DNA of 64,000 bases from an uncultured delta proteobacterium (GCA_963794325.1 CAWCDG010000004.1:1760001-1824000), one strand, 5' to 3'. Shown: positions 47,744-58,449, counted from the first letter of the stretch. A program made the numbers and translations. Notes: generated by a model from the letters alone, not told the origin.

Positions 47744-48729
47744 GGAAACTGCCCGCGTCCGGCAAACTCTCCAGCGAATTTGAACTGATCGCACGGCTCA
47801 GTGCGGGAATCCATCTGAGCCGCCGCACGATCCTAGGCGTCGGCGACGACTGCGCAATTGTCTCGCGGCCGCGCGGGAACCTGCTGTTTACGATAGACAG
47901 CCTGGTCGAGAACGTTCACTTCGATCTGCGATGGGGCTCTCCGGAAGCGCTTGGTGCGCGCGCGCTCGCGGTCAACTTGAGCGATATCGCAGCGATGGGC
48001 GGGCGTCCGACGGCATGCGTGGTGAACCTCGGTGTGCGCGAAGGAATTGCGTCGCGGATGCTCGAGCGAATTTACTGTGGACTGCGCGCTGCGGCGCGCG
48101 CAGCTTCGACGGATATCGTGGGCGGCAATATCACGCGCGCGCGCGAGCTGTCGATCACGATTGCGCTTACCGGCGAGGCCGGGCGCGGCGTGATGCGGCG
48201 CGATACGGCTCGGCCCGGCGACGAGATCTATGTGACCGGCACTCTAGGCGACGCCGCGCTCGGCTGGCGTATCCTGGCGGGCAAGTTGAAGACGGGAAAA
48301 AATCGAGTGGTGACAAAATATCTGACAGAGCGATTCATCCGTCCGAAGGCGCAGCTCTATGCCGGACAACGGCTTGCGACGCTGCGGCCCGCGCCAGCCG
48401 CCATCGACGTCAGCGACGGACTCATGCAGGACCTCGGGCACATCCTCGAACGAAGCGGCGTCGGCGCCGAGATCGACGCGTCGCGAATTCCGATCTCGCC
48501 GGCGTATCGTGCGCTGATGGGCGGAGATCTCGTGCATGCGCTGACCGGCGGCGAGGATTATGAACTGATCTTCTGCGTGAAGCCGGGCCACAGCGAATCC
48601 GAACTGTCACGTCGCTTGCACATGGGCGTGCGGCGAATCGGTAAGATCGTCAAGGGCAAGCGCCTGAACGTGATTGGTGCCAGCGCGCCGATTGACGCAG
48701 GATGGGATCAGCTGCGCTCGCGCGGATAA
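47740..48729 (+). CDS. thiL: Thiamine-monophosphate kinase
   Basis: EFELI, GVGDDCA, NLSDIAAMGG, IDVSDGL, GGEDYEL. Confidence 0.95.
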   Translation: MRKLPASGKLSSEFELIARLSAGIHLSRRTILGVGDDCAIVSRPRGNLLFTIDSLVENVHFDLRWGSPEALGARALAVNLSDIAAMGGRPTACVVNLGVREGIASRMLERIYCGLRAAARAASTDIVGGNITRARELSITIALTGEAGRGVMRRDTARPGDEIYVTGTLGDAALGWRILAGKLKTGKNRVVTKYLTERFIRPKAQLYAGQRLATLRPAPAAIDVSDGLMQDLGHILERSGVGAEIDASRIPISPAYRALMGGDLVHALTGGEDYELIFCVKPGHSESELSRRLHMGVRRIGKIVKGKRLNVIGASAPIDAGWDQLRSRG

Positions 48730-48738
48730 ATAGAATAG

Positions 48739-49953
48739 ATGCTTTCAATCCTGCCGCTTGCGGTCCTGATTCTCATCGTGCTGAGCGCCATGCTAGCCGG
48801 ATCCGAGACCGCACTCTTCTCGATGGCGCGCCTGGAGCACACGCGCGAACAGATGAGCCTCTCGGTGCAGCGTGCGCTCGACCGGCTGATGCGCAGGCCG
48901 CTCGAATCGTTGATCGTGATCATCGGGCTGAACGAAGCGTGCAACATTTTCGCCGACTGCCTGGCGACGATCATTTTACTGGCGATGCTCGGTGGCAAAT
49001 GGGGACCAATCGTCGCGGCGCCGACGATGCTCTTAGTCGTACTTCTGTTCTGCGACATTACTCCGAAGACCTTCGCACTTGGATTCCCGGCCGCCCTGGC
49101 GTGGATAACTGCGCGCCCACTTGCCGTGGTCACCGATTTCGTTCATCCGTTCGCAAAATATTTTGCGCCGATTGAAACCCCGCCGCGTCCGGACCCGGTG
49201 TCAGAAGCGGAATTCAAGACGCTCCTCAGACTCGGCGAAACCCAGGGGCAGGTCGAGCCCGCCGAGCGTGCGATGATTCATCGCGTGTTCGATTTCGGTG
49301 CGCGGCGGGCGTCAGAAGTGATGACGCCGCGAGACCGAATCTTTGCGCTCGACATCGAGATGCCGGTGGCGCAGTTGGTCGCGGAAATCGCGCACGAAAG
49401 TTTCTCGCGAGTGCCGGTCTATCGCCACAGCCAGGACAACATCGTCGGAATACTGCATGCCAAGGATCTTGCAGCACGGCGCCTGGACCCGTCGCCGCCG
49501 CGAGTCGAGCGACTGGTGCGTCCGGCGTATTTCGTGCCGCCGGGCAAGCTGCTCGCCGATTTATTCGAGGAGATGCGCCGCGGACGCTTCCAGATTGCGC
49601 TGGTGGTCAACGAGTACGGCCGCCTGCTGGGGCTGGTGACGCTCGAAGACTTGCTCGAGGAATTGTTCGGCGAGATTCGCGATGAGTTTGACAGCGAAGT
49701 TCCCGAGCTGGTCAAAATTTCCGATGAAGAATGGTCGGCGTCCGGCGCGATCGCACTGGGCAAGCTGGCGGACGCGCTGGCTCCCAATCGAGTCATCGAA
49801 GTTTACGGGGGTGGCAAGACGCTGAGCAGCCTGATCCTGCGCCGGCTGGGACGCGTGCCGCGCGCGGGAGAGAAGCTGAGACTCGGCGAATTCGAAGTTA
49901 CCGTCGAGCGCGTGCGCGGCGCGGCGGTCGAGTTGGTGAGGCTCCATCGATGA
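48739..49953 (+). CDS. CNNM/CorC-family protein (DUF21-CBS-CorC)
   Basis: GSETALFS, DITPK, VMTPR, FSRVPVY, VVNEYG..GLVTLEDLLEELFGEI. Confidence 0.9.
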   Translation: MLSILPLAVLILIVLSAMLAGSETALFSMARLEHTREQMSLSVQRALDRLMRRPLESLIVIIGLNEACNIFADCLATIILLAMLGGKWGPIVAAPTMLLVVLLFCDITPKTFALGFPAALAWITARPLAVVTDFVHPFAKYFAPIETPPRPDPVSEAEFKTLLRLGETQGQVEPAERAMIHRVFDFGARRASEVMTPRDRIFALDIEMPVAQLVAEIAHESFSRVPVYRHSQDNIVGILHAKDLAARRLDPSPPRVERLVRPAYFVPPGKLLADLFEEMRRGRFQIALVVNEYGRLLGLVTLEDLLEELFGEIRDEFDSEVPELVKISDEEWSASGAIALGKLADALAPNRVIEVYGGGKTLSSLILRRLGRVPRAGEKLRLGEFEVTVERVRGAAVELVRLHR

Positions 49954-51236
49954 CGGTCGTTTGGCTGGTGGTCGCCTTGTTCGGATGTCTTATGGTGCAG
50001 GCGTTTTTCGCCGCGTCCGAGATTGCACTGGTTTCCGCCGACGATTTGAAAGTTCGCGCGGAGAGCGAAGGCGGTCACGCGCGCTCGCGAGTGCTCGACG
50101 AGCTGCTGACCAATCGAGATCGTTTGCTGGCGCTCACTCTCACCGGCACCAACGTCGCCACGGTGATTGCCGCGGTGGTGCTCACCAGCGCGCTGTATCA
50201 AATCGGCCCGCGCCTGGTTTATCTTGCGCCGTTGATTCTGACGCCGATAACGCTGGTGCTCGGCGAATCGGTCCCGAAGCTGCTGACGCTTACCAATCCT
50301 CACCGGTTTGCATTGTTCGTCGCGAGGCCGCTGCGGTTGCTCGCGAGGATTCTTGCGCCGCTGCTCTATGTGGAAACTCTGTTGAGCAGATTGCTGCGCC
50401 GGCTTGCCGGTGTGCCGGCCGACGCCGAGAGCGTGTTCCTGAGCCGCGAAGATTTGGCGCGCCTGATGCGCCGACGGCCGAGCGACGCATCCGATCCGTC
50501 GCACGACGCCATCCTGCCCGTCGAGCAGCAGATGATCAGCCGCATATTTCGTTTCTCGCGGGCCGAGGCGCGCAAGGCGATGGTGCCGCTGGTGGGCGTC
50601 GATGCGGTGCCTGAGGAAACCTCGCTGGCCGCCGCGATCGAAACTGTTCGCCGCGAAGGCTTCAGCCGCATCCCGGTGTTTCGGCGCCGAATCACGGACA
50701 TCGTCGGCGTCGTTCACGTCTTCGATCTTTTGCAGGCGCCCGATCTCAGCCGCCCAGTCAGCGACATCATGCGGCCGGTCAGCTATTTTCCCGAATCGAT
50801 GCCGCTCGACGAGGCGCTACTGGCGATGCAACGCACCGGGGAAAATCTCGCGGTGATCGTCGATGAGTACGGCGGCTCGGCCGGAATTCTGACGTTGGAA
50901 GATCTGATCGAAGAAATCGTCGGCGATATCGAGGACGAACACGACCTCGGCGAGGAGCTGACCAGGGTGGTCAGTCCGCGCATGCTGTCGGTGATCGGAC
51001 GCGCGCCGATTATGGAATTGAACGAGCGCTTCGGCCTCAAGCTTTCGGAGGCGGATGAGTATGCTACGATCGGCGGGTTGGTGGTCGAACGACTCGGGCA
51101 CATTCCCAAGCCCGGCGAAAAATTAATCGAGGGCGATTTGACGATCACGGTTACGCGCAGCGATGCACGCGCGGTGCGCGAATTGATGCTGACACTTGCG
51201 CATCCGATCCGCCCTGAGCTCCTCAAGCGGCGATGA
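49950..51236 (+). CDS. CNNM/CorC-family protein, tandem paralog
   Basis: FFAASEIALVS, GESVPK, FSRIPV, VDEYGG..LTLEDLIEEIVGDIEDEHD. Confidence 0.9.
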   Translation: MTVVWLVVALFGCLMVQAFFAASEIALVSADDLKVRAESEGGHARSRVLDELLTNRDRLLALTLTGTNVATVIAAVVLTSALYQIGPRLVYLAPLILTPITLVLGESVPKLLTLTNPHRFALFVARPLRLLARILAPLLYVETLLSRLLRRLAGVPADAESVFLSREDLARLMRRRPSDASDPSHDAILPVEQQMISRIFRFSRAEARKAMVPLVGVDAVPEETSLAAAIETVRREGFSRIPVFRRRITDIVGVVHVFDLLQAPDLSRPVSDIMRPVSYFPESMPLDEALLAMQRTGENLAVIVDEYGGSAGILTLEDLIEEIVGDIEDEHDLGEELTRVVSPRMLSVIGRAPIMELNERFGLKLSEADEYATIGGLVVERLGHIPKPGEKLIEGDLTITVTRSDARAVRELMLTLAHPIRPELLKRR

Positions 51237-52003
51237 CAGAAAAGCGAATTCGCAAAATCCTCGACGGCGTTGCCGCGGGCAGGATGACTGCCAGTGCAGC
51301 GTTCAAACACATCGGTCAGCTGCCATTCGAGGATCTTGGATTCGCCAAAATCGACAATCATAGAAGCGTCCGGCGCGGAATTCCCGAAGTGGTTTTCGGC
51401 GAAGGCAAGACTGCGGATCAGCTCGCGGCGATAGGTCTGCGCGTGCTCGCCTCCGGAACGAATCTGATTATCACGCGGCTCGACGCGAACAAGGCGCGTA
51501 TCGTCAAACGGAAAATTCGCAGGCTGGATTATCATGCGGATGCTCGCATCGGCGTCGTCGTCAAGGAGCGCGTGAAGCCGTCGGGGCAGGGCGTCGTGAT
51601 GGTGATGAGTGCGGGCACTTCCGACATTCCGGTCGCCGAGGAAGCGGCGTGTTGCGCCGAGCTGTTCGGAAATCGCGTGGCGCGAATCTACGACGTCGGA
51701 GTCGCGGGGATTCATCGGCTTACTGCGAACCTCGACTCGATCCGCAAGGCGAGCGTGCTGATCGTCGTCGCGGGAATGGAAGGCGCGCTGCCGTCGGTCG
51801 TCGCGGGCCTGATCGATAAGCCCGTGATTGCGGTGCCGACCAGCGTCGGCTACGGAGCATCGATGGGCGGGCTGGCGGCGCTGCTCGGGATGCTGAATTC
51901 GTGCGCGAGCGGCGTGACCGTCGTCAATATCGACAATGGTTTCGGCGCGGCGCTCGCGGCCACGCTGATCAACCGGGTGGGAATCGAGCGCGACGGCCGC
52001 TGA
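51233..52003 (+). CDS. larB: Nickel-pincer cofactor biosynthesis protein LarB
   Basis: AKIDNHR..GIPEVVFGEGKT, AGTSDIPVAEEA, DVGVAGIHRL, AGMEGALPSVV, VNIDNGFGAA. Confidence 0.92.
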   Translation: MTEKRIRKILDGVAAGRMTASAAFKHIGQLPFEDLGFAKIDNHRSVRRGIPEVVFGEGKTADQLAAIGLRVLASGTNLIITRLDANKARIVKRKIRRLDYHADARIGVVVKERVKPSGQGVVMVMSAGTSDIPVAEEAACCAELFGNRVARIYDVGVAGIHRLTANLDSIRKASVLIVVAGMEGALPSVVAGLIDKPVIAVPTSVGYGASMGGLAALLGMLNSCASGVTVVNIDNGFGAALAATLINRVGIERDGR

Positions 52004-53325
52004 TGGCGAAACGCACGTCAATCACCAGCGGGCGCGCGCGCCGCGCGATTAAGATGGGCGAGCTCGCGTCGCAGGTCGGCTCGAGCTACCTGTGGAATCA
52101 ACTGAGGCGGCCGTTTCTGAGCGCTCCTGCGCGCGACCGCGAACTGCTCGACACGCACATCCGCAACGCGCAGCGAATTGTCGAAGGCTCGACGCAGCTT
52201 CGCGGCGCGTTCATGAAGCTCATCCAGATGCTCTCGATTCGCAAGGACCTGCTGCCGGGCGAGGCGCTCGACGTGCTGCGCGCGACGCAATCGAGCGTGC
52301 CGCCAATGAGCTATGCGACAATCTCGGAACAGATTCGCAAGGAGATTGGCAAGCGGCCCGAAGTCGTCTTCAGGAGTTTCGACCAGACCGCGTTTGCCGC
52401 CGCGTCACTCGGCCAGGTGCATCGTGCGGTGACGCGCGACGGCGTCGACGTTGCGGTGAAGATTCAGTATCCGGGCGTCGAGGATACCGTCGAGCAGGAC
52501 TTGCAGAATCTCAAGCTGCTGCTGCGAACGTTGCAGGCGCTCGGCCATGACGTGATGCGCCAGCAGATTGACACCGGCGCCGTGTACAAGGAACTCGAGC
52601 AGCGCCTGCGCGAAGAACTCGACTACGTGAACGAAGCGCGCAACATGACGGAGTTTGGCAAGCGTCTCGGCACGGATTCCGAAATCATGATTCCGCGCGT
52701 CGTCAAGGATCTCAGTTCACGGCGCGTGCTGACGATGACGTACGTCGATGGCTATCCGCTGGCGGACGTGATGGGTCCCGCGGTCGATGCCGAGCTGCGC
52801 GAATGGGTCGCGGTCAAGATTCACGAGTTTGCGTGGCGGCAGATTCTGGAATTTGGATTGCTGCATACCGATTTTCATCCGGGCAATTATCTGGTGAGTC
52901 ATCATCCGCGCCTGGGCGTGCTCGATTTCGGATCGATTCGCCGCTTCCCCGAACCGGTGCGCAAGGCGAATGTGCAAGTGGCCCGCGCGATTCTGAGCGG
53001 CGACGACAAATCGCTCGCGGCCGCAATGGTCAAGCTGGGCTATCTCGATCGCGAACAGGACGCGGCGCCGATGGTGCGAATCATCCACATCCTGTTCGAG
53101 CCGATGCGGGTCGATCGCGCAGTCGATCCCATCGAGTACGACACCGTGGGCAAGGCTGCGATGGTCGGCGAGCTCGCGCTGGTGAATCGGCTCTACAAAT
53201 CGCCCGCGCACAGCGTATTCCTGATTCGCGCGCTGATCGGACTTGAAGGAATCACCCGCGGCCTCGCGGTGAAAACCAACTACCGGAAAATCTTCGCGAA
53301 CTGCGTCGAGCGAATCCCGGGATGA
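52003..53325 (+). CDS. AarF/ABC1/UbiB-family atypical kinase
   Basis: RGAFMKLIQMLS, AAASLGQVH, VAVKIQYPG, EELDY, HTDFHPGN, LDFG. Confidence 0.9.
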   Translation: MAKRTSITSGRARRAIKMGELASQVGSSYLWNQLRRPFLSAPARDRELLDTHIRNAQRIVEGSTQLRGAFMKLIQMLSIRKDLLPGEALDVLRATQSSVPPMSYATISEQIRKEIGKRPEVVFRSFDQTAFAAASLGQVHRAVTRDGVDVAVKIQYPGVEDTVEQDLQNLKLLLRTLQALGHDVMRQQIDTGAVYKELEQRLREELDYVNEARNMTEFGKRLGTDSEIMIPRVVKDLSSRRVLTMTYVDGYPLADVMGPAVDAELREWVAVKIHEFAWRQILEFGLLHTDFHPGNYLVSHHPRLGVLDFGSIRRFPEPVRKANVQVARAILSGDDKSLAAAMVKLGYLDREQDAAPMVRIIHILFEPMRVDRAVDPIEYDTVGKAAMVGELALVNRLYKSPAHSVFLIRALIGLEGITRGLAVKTNYRKIFANCVERIPG

Positions 53326-54168
53326 CAGACATTCTCGACGCGCTTGAGCGTCATCGTGACCATCACTTTCAGGCGCGTCGCGGCGCGGCGCGTGACCGGC
53401 GAAAAGAGCGCGCTCAAATTTATCGACGAGGTTGGGTTCTGCACCGGGTTCACATCCGGGATGGGTGTGCCGTGCCTGCGCGAGGCTATCGCGGGAACGC
53501 GCGAACCCTCGATGCCGGAGCATATTCAGCACGACTATGCGATCGGGATGACGTGGCGGATCAAAGACTCGCTGCCGCAGCGCCGCGCGGTTTACTACGG
53601 CAAGGTGATCGCGCGACGCCCCAGTTTCATCGCGCGCGAAATGCTGGGCGCATTTCTCCGGTTGCGTGTCGAGCCAGGCGGATATCGCAAGCTGTACCTG
53701 CGCGGTGGATTGTCGAATTGCGGCAAACTGGTGATGGATACCCTCACCAAACGCGGCCTGGCCGAGACTCGCGTCCTGAAACTGTCGAGCGGCCACGCGC
53801 AACCGTCGCGGCGCGCGGTTTTCGATCGTGCGATGGCGGAGCTGCAGGAAAAATTTCTCGCCCTCAAAGTGGACGAGCGCGCCGACCCGTTCAGCTACGT
53901 GTGGGACACGATGGAGCATCGATGGCCCGACGCGATTGCGGATGCCCGGAAGCTCACGCGAAAAGAGGCGGCGTACGTAATCGTCGCAAAATATTTCGAG
54001 ACCGCAGCTTTCGGAAATGAGCGCGCGATTGCGCGGCTGCTCGGAATAGATCTCGCGCTGGTTGAAACTGCGGCGCGCCAACTCGAGCGCGAGGGCTCGA
54101 TCGCGCGCGGTGTGAGGATCGATGGGCATCCCGGCGCAATCAGTTTGCTGTCCGGGTTCGTGCCGTAG
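53322..54168 (+). CDS. AlkZ-related winged-helix protein; frameshift near 53368
   Basis: ATG 53322 overlaps the previous stop; MTDILDALERHRDHHF joins RRV..ALKFIDEVGFC..W.IKD.LP..VYYGK after removing one T. Confidence 0.6.
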
Positions 54169-54229
54169 CGGGAAGCGCTTGTCGCCGGAGACCTTTCCGG
54201 TCTAAGAAAGATCATTCGGAGGGAAAACC

Positions 54230-55162
54230 ATGCCGCTCGACCCGCAAGCTAAAACATTGATGGATCAACTCGCTGCCGCGCCCGGACCGAAGTTGAATAC
54301 GCTGGAGCCGGCCGATGCGCGCCGCTTGACTGCCGGCATGTTCGTAGTGCCGCTGGAGCGCGCTGAGAAAGTCGCCAAGGTCGAGGATCGCAAAATTCCG
54401 GGACCCGCGGGCGAGATTCCGATTCGCATCTACACTCCCGAGGGTGCCGGCCCGTTTCCAGTGCTGGTGTATCTTCACGGCGGTGGATGGGTGATCTGCG
54501 GACTCGATACGCACGACGGGCCATGTCGCGCGCTCACCAAGAAGGCGGGATGCGTGACCGTGTCGGTCGATTACCGGCTCGCGCCCGAGAATAAATTTCC
54601 TGCCGGGGTCGAAGATTGCTTTGCCGCGACCAAGTGGGTCGCGGCGCACGCCAGAGAGTTCAACGCCGATGCGAACCGGCTCGCGGTCGGTGGTGATAGC
54701 GCGGGCGGGAATCTGTCCGCGGTAGTATCACAACTCGCGCGTGACGCGGGCGGGCCGAAGATCGCGCTCCAGCTGCTCATCTATCCGGCGACCGAGGCTG
54801 AGCTCGACACTTACTCGCACAAAACGTTCACAAACTACTTTCTAACCAAGGAAGACATAGTTTATTTCTGGAAGCATTACCTGCGTAGCGCTGACGACCG
54901 CAAAGATCCCCGCGTCGCGCCCGCATTGGCGAAGAGCTTCAAAGGATTGCCGCCCGCGCTGATCATTACGGCGGAATTCGATCCGCTGCGCGACGAGGGC
55001 GAGAGCTACGGCGAGAAGCTGCGCGCCGCCGGCGTTCCGGTGACGGTCACGCGCTACGAAGGAATGATTCACGGATTCTTTTCGATGTACGAAGTGCTCG
55101 ACAAGGGCAAGCTGGCGATCGACGAATCCGCCGAGGCTCTCAGGAAAGCATTCGCGAGGTAG
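54230..55162 (+). CDS. HSL-family esterase/lipase
   Basis: HGGGW, DYRLAPE, GDSAGG, FDPLRDEG, HGF. Confidence 0.93.
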   Translation: MPLDPQAKTLMDQLAAAPGPKLNTLEPADARRLTAGMFVVPLERAEKVAKVEDRKIPGPAGEIPIRIYTPEGAGPFPVLVYLHGGGWVICGLDTHDGPCRALTKKAGCVTVSVDYRLAPENKFPAGVEDCFAATKWVAAHAREFNADANRLAVGGDSAGGNLSAVVSQLARDAGGPKIALQLLIYPATEAELDTYSHKTFTNYFLTKEDIVYFWKHYLRSADDRKDPRVAPALAKSFKGLPPALIITAEFDPLRDEGESYGEKLRAAGVPVTVTRYEGMIHGFFSMYEVLDKGKLAIDESAEALRKAFAR

Positions 55163-55171
55163 CGGCGAACC

Positions 55172-55894
55172 TCACCACTGCTCATAGTGGACGGCGCGGC
55201 GCTCGTAGCCGGCGCCGCGGAGCAGGTCGCGCAGTCGAATCACGCCCTTGCCGACGCCGCAGATGTAGAAGTGGCGCGAGCGGTCGGCGTCAGCGATGAC
55301 CCATCGCGATTGGGCCATCTCGAACAGGCGATCGTAAATCTTATCGGCCGGCACTATCACCGGCTCGTACGAGAAATTCGGTGCGGTGCGCGCAAGCGCG
55401 TCGAGCTCGGCGGCGTACAGGAGGTGCTCGCGATCCGGCGCCGCATAAATCAAATGGATCGTGGCCGACGGCGATGCAGCGACCGCTTGCTTCAGCATCG
55501 GGCGAATCGGGGCGATCGCCGTGCCTTCCGCGATGAAGCCCTCCTCTGAATCCGGCTCCGGAGCGAGCGTGAAACTGCCGAACGGGCCGCTGAAATCGAG
55601 CGTGTCACCGACGCGCCGCTCGAACAGCCAGTCGACGCCGCGCCCGCCCTTGACGCGATTAAAACAGATCTCGAACGGGCCGCGATCTTCCGGGCTCGAT
55701 GCGATCGAGTAGGGCCGCGAGCGCGTCTCGTCGCCGAGCGGAATCGTGATCGAGATGAATTGCCCGGGGGCAAAGCGCAAATGCTTTCCGCTGGTGAGCG
55801 AGAGAAAAAGCGAACGCGTGTCCGACGCGTGATCGAAAATCTTCTCGACGCGCGCATTCAGCGTCGAGCGGTTGCTCGGTGCGGCTGTCGTCAT
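55172..55894 (-). CDS. FAD/NAD(P)-binding ferredoxin reductase-type oxidoreductase
   Basis: FAPGQFI, RPYSIASSP, GPFGSF, GTAIAP, YICG. Confidence 0.85.
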   Translation of the reverse strand: MTTAAPSNRSTLNARVEKIFDHASDTRSLFLSLTSGKHLRFAPGQFISITIPLGDETRSRPYSIASSPEDRGPFEICFNRVKGGRGVDWLFERRVGDTLDFSGPFGSFTLAPEPDSEEGFIAEGTAIAPIRPMLKQAVAASPSATIHLIYAAPDREHLLYAAELDALARTAPNFSYEPVIVPADKIYDRLFEMAQSRWVIADADRSRHFYICGVGKGVIRLRDLLRGAGYERRAVHYEQW

Positions 55895-56265
55895 TCTTCG
55901 GCCGCCTCGCTGACCTGGTTAATCGTGTAGCGAGGAACGACGACGACGATTTCCGCGTTGGGGTCGTCGATGACGGCCTGGCATCCCAGACGCGATGTCG
56001 GCGTCAGTCCGGGCGCCCTGTCGAGCAGGTCTTCCTCCTGCTCGCTCGACTCGCCGAGCTTGTTGAACCCCTGCTTGATGATCACGTGGCAGGTCGTGCA
56101 CGCGCAGTTGCCGCCGCATGCATGCTCGAGATGGATTCCGTGACCGAGCATCACGTCGAGAATCGAGCCGGGCTTGCCGTCATGATGAAACGGCGCCTTG
56201 GCGGGGTCGAACTCGATTACCTTTTCAGGATCGCCGTTTTCGAATTGGATTCGCAGTTTCGCCAT
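55891..56265 (-). CDS. fdx: 2Fe-2S ferredoxin (adrenodoxin/ISC type)
   Basis: HACGGNCACTTCHV..EEDLLD..SRLGCQ. Confidence 0.9.
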   Translation of the reverse strand: MAKLRIQFENGDPEKVIEFDPAKAPFHHDGKPGSILDVMLGHGIHLEHACGGNCACTTCHVIIKQGFNKLGESSEQEEDLLDRAPGLTPTSRLGCQAVIDDPNAEIVVVVPRYTINQVSEAAEE

Positions 56266-56395
56266 CGGAGTCAGATTGTCTTGAGATTATGCGCTGCGCC
56301 GGGACGGGGAAACCGTTTCTGTCCGATCGCTTGCATCTTCGCCGGATTTTCGCCATGATCGGAGCCGTCTAAATGAGCTATAGGGAGAAGCCCGA

Positions 56396-57004
56396 ATGGC
56401 GACGCTGACCAAGCGGCAGAAGCAGCTGATCGACTACCTGAACGACTATATCAGCCAACACGGCTACGCGCCCACGCTGGCCGAAGTCGGCCAATACTTC
56501 GGGCTGTCGTCACTCGCCACCGTTCATAAGCATCTGCACAACCTCGAGCAGAAAGGGTTCATCAAGCGGCAACATAATCATAGCAGAGCACTCGAAGTCG
56601 CGGCGTCGGCGAAACGCGCGGCGCCGGCTACGATTCGATTGCTCGGCACCGTCGCGGCGGGCGCGCCGATCGAGGCGGTCGAGAACAACGAAACGATCAG
56701 CGTTCCCGACGACTTCATCCGGCGCGATAATACGTTCTGTCTGCGCGTGAAAGGCGACTCGATGATCGAAGACGGCATCCGCGACGGCGATTACATAATT
56801 GTCGAAGGACGTGACAGCGCCGACAATGGCGAGACGGTCGTGGCGCTGATCGGCAACGAGGCCACCGTCAAGAAATTCTACCGCGAATCGAGCGGGCAGA
56901 TCCGGCTGCAGCCGGCGAACGCCTCGATGCAACCGATCATGGTGGGCGAGGGTGACTTGGCGATTCGCGGCGTCGTGGTCGGCCTGATGCGTCACTACCG
57001 TTAA
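56396..57004 (+). CDS. lexA: SOS repressor LexA
   Basis: LTKRQ..GYAPTLAE, VAAG cleavage site, GDSM, ATVKK. Confidence 0.95.
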   Translation: MATLTKRQKQLIDYLNDYISQHGYAPTLAEVGQYFGLSSLATVHKHLHNLEQKGFIKRQHNHSRALEVAASAKRAAPATIRLLGTVAAGAPIEAVENNETISVPDDFIRRDNTFCLRVKGDSMIEDGIRDGDYIIVEGRDSADNGETVVALIGNEATVKKFYRESSGQIRLQPANASMQPIMVGEGDLAIRGVVVGLMRHYR

Positions 57005-57014
57005 AACACCCGGA

Positions 57015-57083
57015 ACTTGATTGAATGTGAAACCCGCGGTGGGTTTCACACTTCCTTCGGCAGGGGTGACCCCTGCACCCAGT
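57015..57083 (+). repeat. Family A two-hairpin repeat, copy 2
   Basis: ACTTGATTGAATGTGAAACCC..GGGTTTCACA..GGCAGGGGTGACCCCTGCACCCAGT. Confidence 0.85.
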
Positions 57084-57165
57084 ATTAAGAAGGACAAGAT
57101 GCGGGACTTCGTCCCTGTTAGAAGGTTTTGGAGCGGAACGCACAGCTAAGCCGGGAGAAATTGCT

Positions 57166-57543
57166 GTGTTCAAGAAAATTGATTGCGTGATGATTCGCGT
57201 GGATGACCTCGCGGCGGGTGAGAAGTTCTACTCCGAAGTATTCGGGCTCGAGCCGCTTTGGCGCGACGCGGGCAGCGTCGGGATGGGTCTGCCTGAAACC
57301 AACGCCGAAATCGTTCTTCACACCAACGCGGAAATACCGCACAAGGTCGAGGTACATTACCTGGTCGATGATGTCGTTGCGGCGGTGAAGGTCTATGCGG
57401 AGAAAGGGTGCCGTGTTTTAGTGCCGCCGTTCGACGTGATGATAGGAAAGTGCGCGGTCATCGAGGATCCATTCGCGACTACTATCTGCATTCTGGACCT
57501 GAGTTCGGGCCGGCGCCCGCGTTATATCCGTGAGATCGTCTAA
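57166..57543 (+). CDS. VOC family protein
   Basis: IDCVMIRVDDL..FYSEVFG, VDDV, CAVIEDPF. Confidence 0.82.
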   Translation: MFKKIDCVMIRVDDLAAGEKFYSEVFGLEPLWRDAGSVGMGLPETNAEIVLHTNAEIPHKVEVHYLVDDVVAAVKVYAEKGCRVLVPPFDVMIGKCAVIEDPFATTICILDLSSGRRPRYIREIV

Positions 57544-58325
57544 GCGCGAATTGGAATCGTCACGATGAAAGCTGAGCCCTGGTCGGGCGCGGTCCTGACG
57601 ACGATTTTTGCGCCGAGCGCTTCTACATTGCGCTGAACGACAGCGAGGCCGAGTCCCATTCCGCGGTGGATGCGGATACTCGAATGTGAAAGCTGGGCGC
57701 AGGGTTTGAATGCCTCCGCGACCTCGGCGGGCTCTATTCCTGGTCCGGTATCACGGACCTCCAGTTCAATAGCGGGTTCGAGACGAGACGATTCAACTCG
57801 CCGAATCGCGATAGTGACGCTCCCTCGATCGGTGAATCTTACCGCGTTGACGCCCAGGTTGAGCAGGATCGCCTTGACTGGCCGGCGTCGCGCACGAAAA
57901 ACCGCGGGTGCGCGGTCGAGATCAAATTTGATTTCCAGGCCCTTGGTGTCGTTGGCCGCATCGAGTGCCGGCACCAGATCTTCAATCAGATCGTGCGGGC
58001 GAATTTCCTCTTCGGCTGCCGCTTCCGCCATCGCGTCCGCGACCGAGAAGTCCATCACGTTTTCGACAGTCTGCGCGAGGTCATGTGCGTTGGCATTCAG
58101 GCGCTCGATCATATGCTTGTGACGACCGCCCAGTTCACTACTCAATTCGTCACGCAGGATGTCGAGGTAGCCGAGGATTGCCTGCACCGGAGAGCGAAGT
58201 TCGTGCGCGAGGTTCGCCAGGGCTTCCATGTGGAGGCCCTGCTCCCATTTGCTCGCCTGCATTCCCGTGGCGACCGGGTCCGCGGTTGGGCTGGGCGCGC
58301 GACCATTGTTTGAGAGGTTCGACAA
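57540..58325 (-). CDS. Soluble histidine kinase (HisKA+HATPase) without an evident sensor domain
   Basis: AHELRSP, NLGVNAVRFT, DTGPGI, GMGLGL, GSAF. Confidence 0.88.
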   Translation of the reverse strand: MSNLSNNGRAPSPTADPVATGMQASKWEQGLHMEALANLAHELRSPVQAILGYLDILRDELSSELGGRHKHMIERLNANAHDLAQTVENVMDFSVADAMAEAAAEEEIRPHDLIEDLVPALDAANDTKGLEIKFDLDRAPAVFRARRRPVKAILLNLGVNAVRFTDRGSVTIAIRRVESSRLEPAIELEVRDTGPGIEPAEVAEAFKPCAQLSHSSIRIHRGMGLGLAVVQRNVEALGAKIVVRTAPDQGSAFIVTIPIRA

Positions 58326-58449
58326 CTGCGTCTATCCGTTCTGATCTTTCTGCTTGGCTGGCTTCGCTGCGCCCTAAATTTTCGATGCGAGCTATGCGTG
58401 CCAATTGCCATCCCACGTTGCAGCAAAAGAGCAGCTAGGTGAATCGGGA

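Noticed and set aside
56266-56395. SOS box upstream of lexA
   Set aside because: No convincing palindrome or GTTC-N7-GTTC/GAAC-type repeat found by eye.
58390-58415. Sigma54 promoter on the minus strand (TTGGCACG)
   Set aside because: The GC at -12 is not at the required spacing from this GG.
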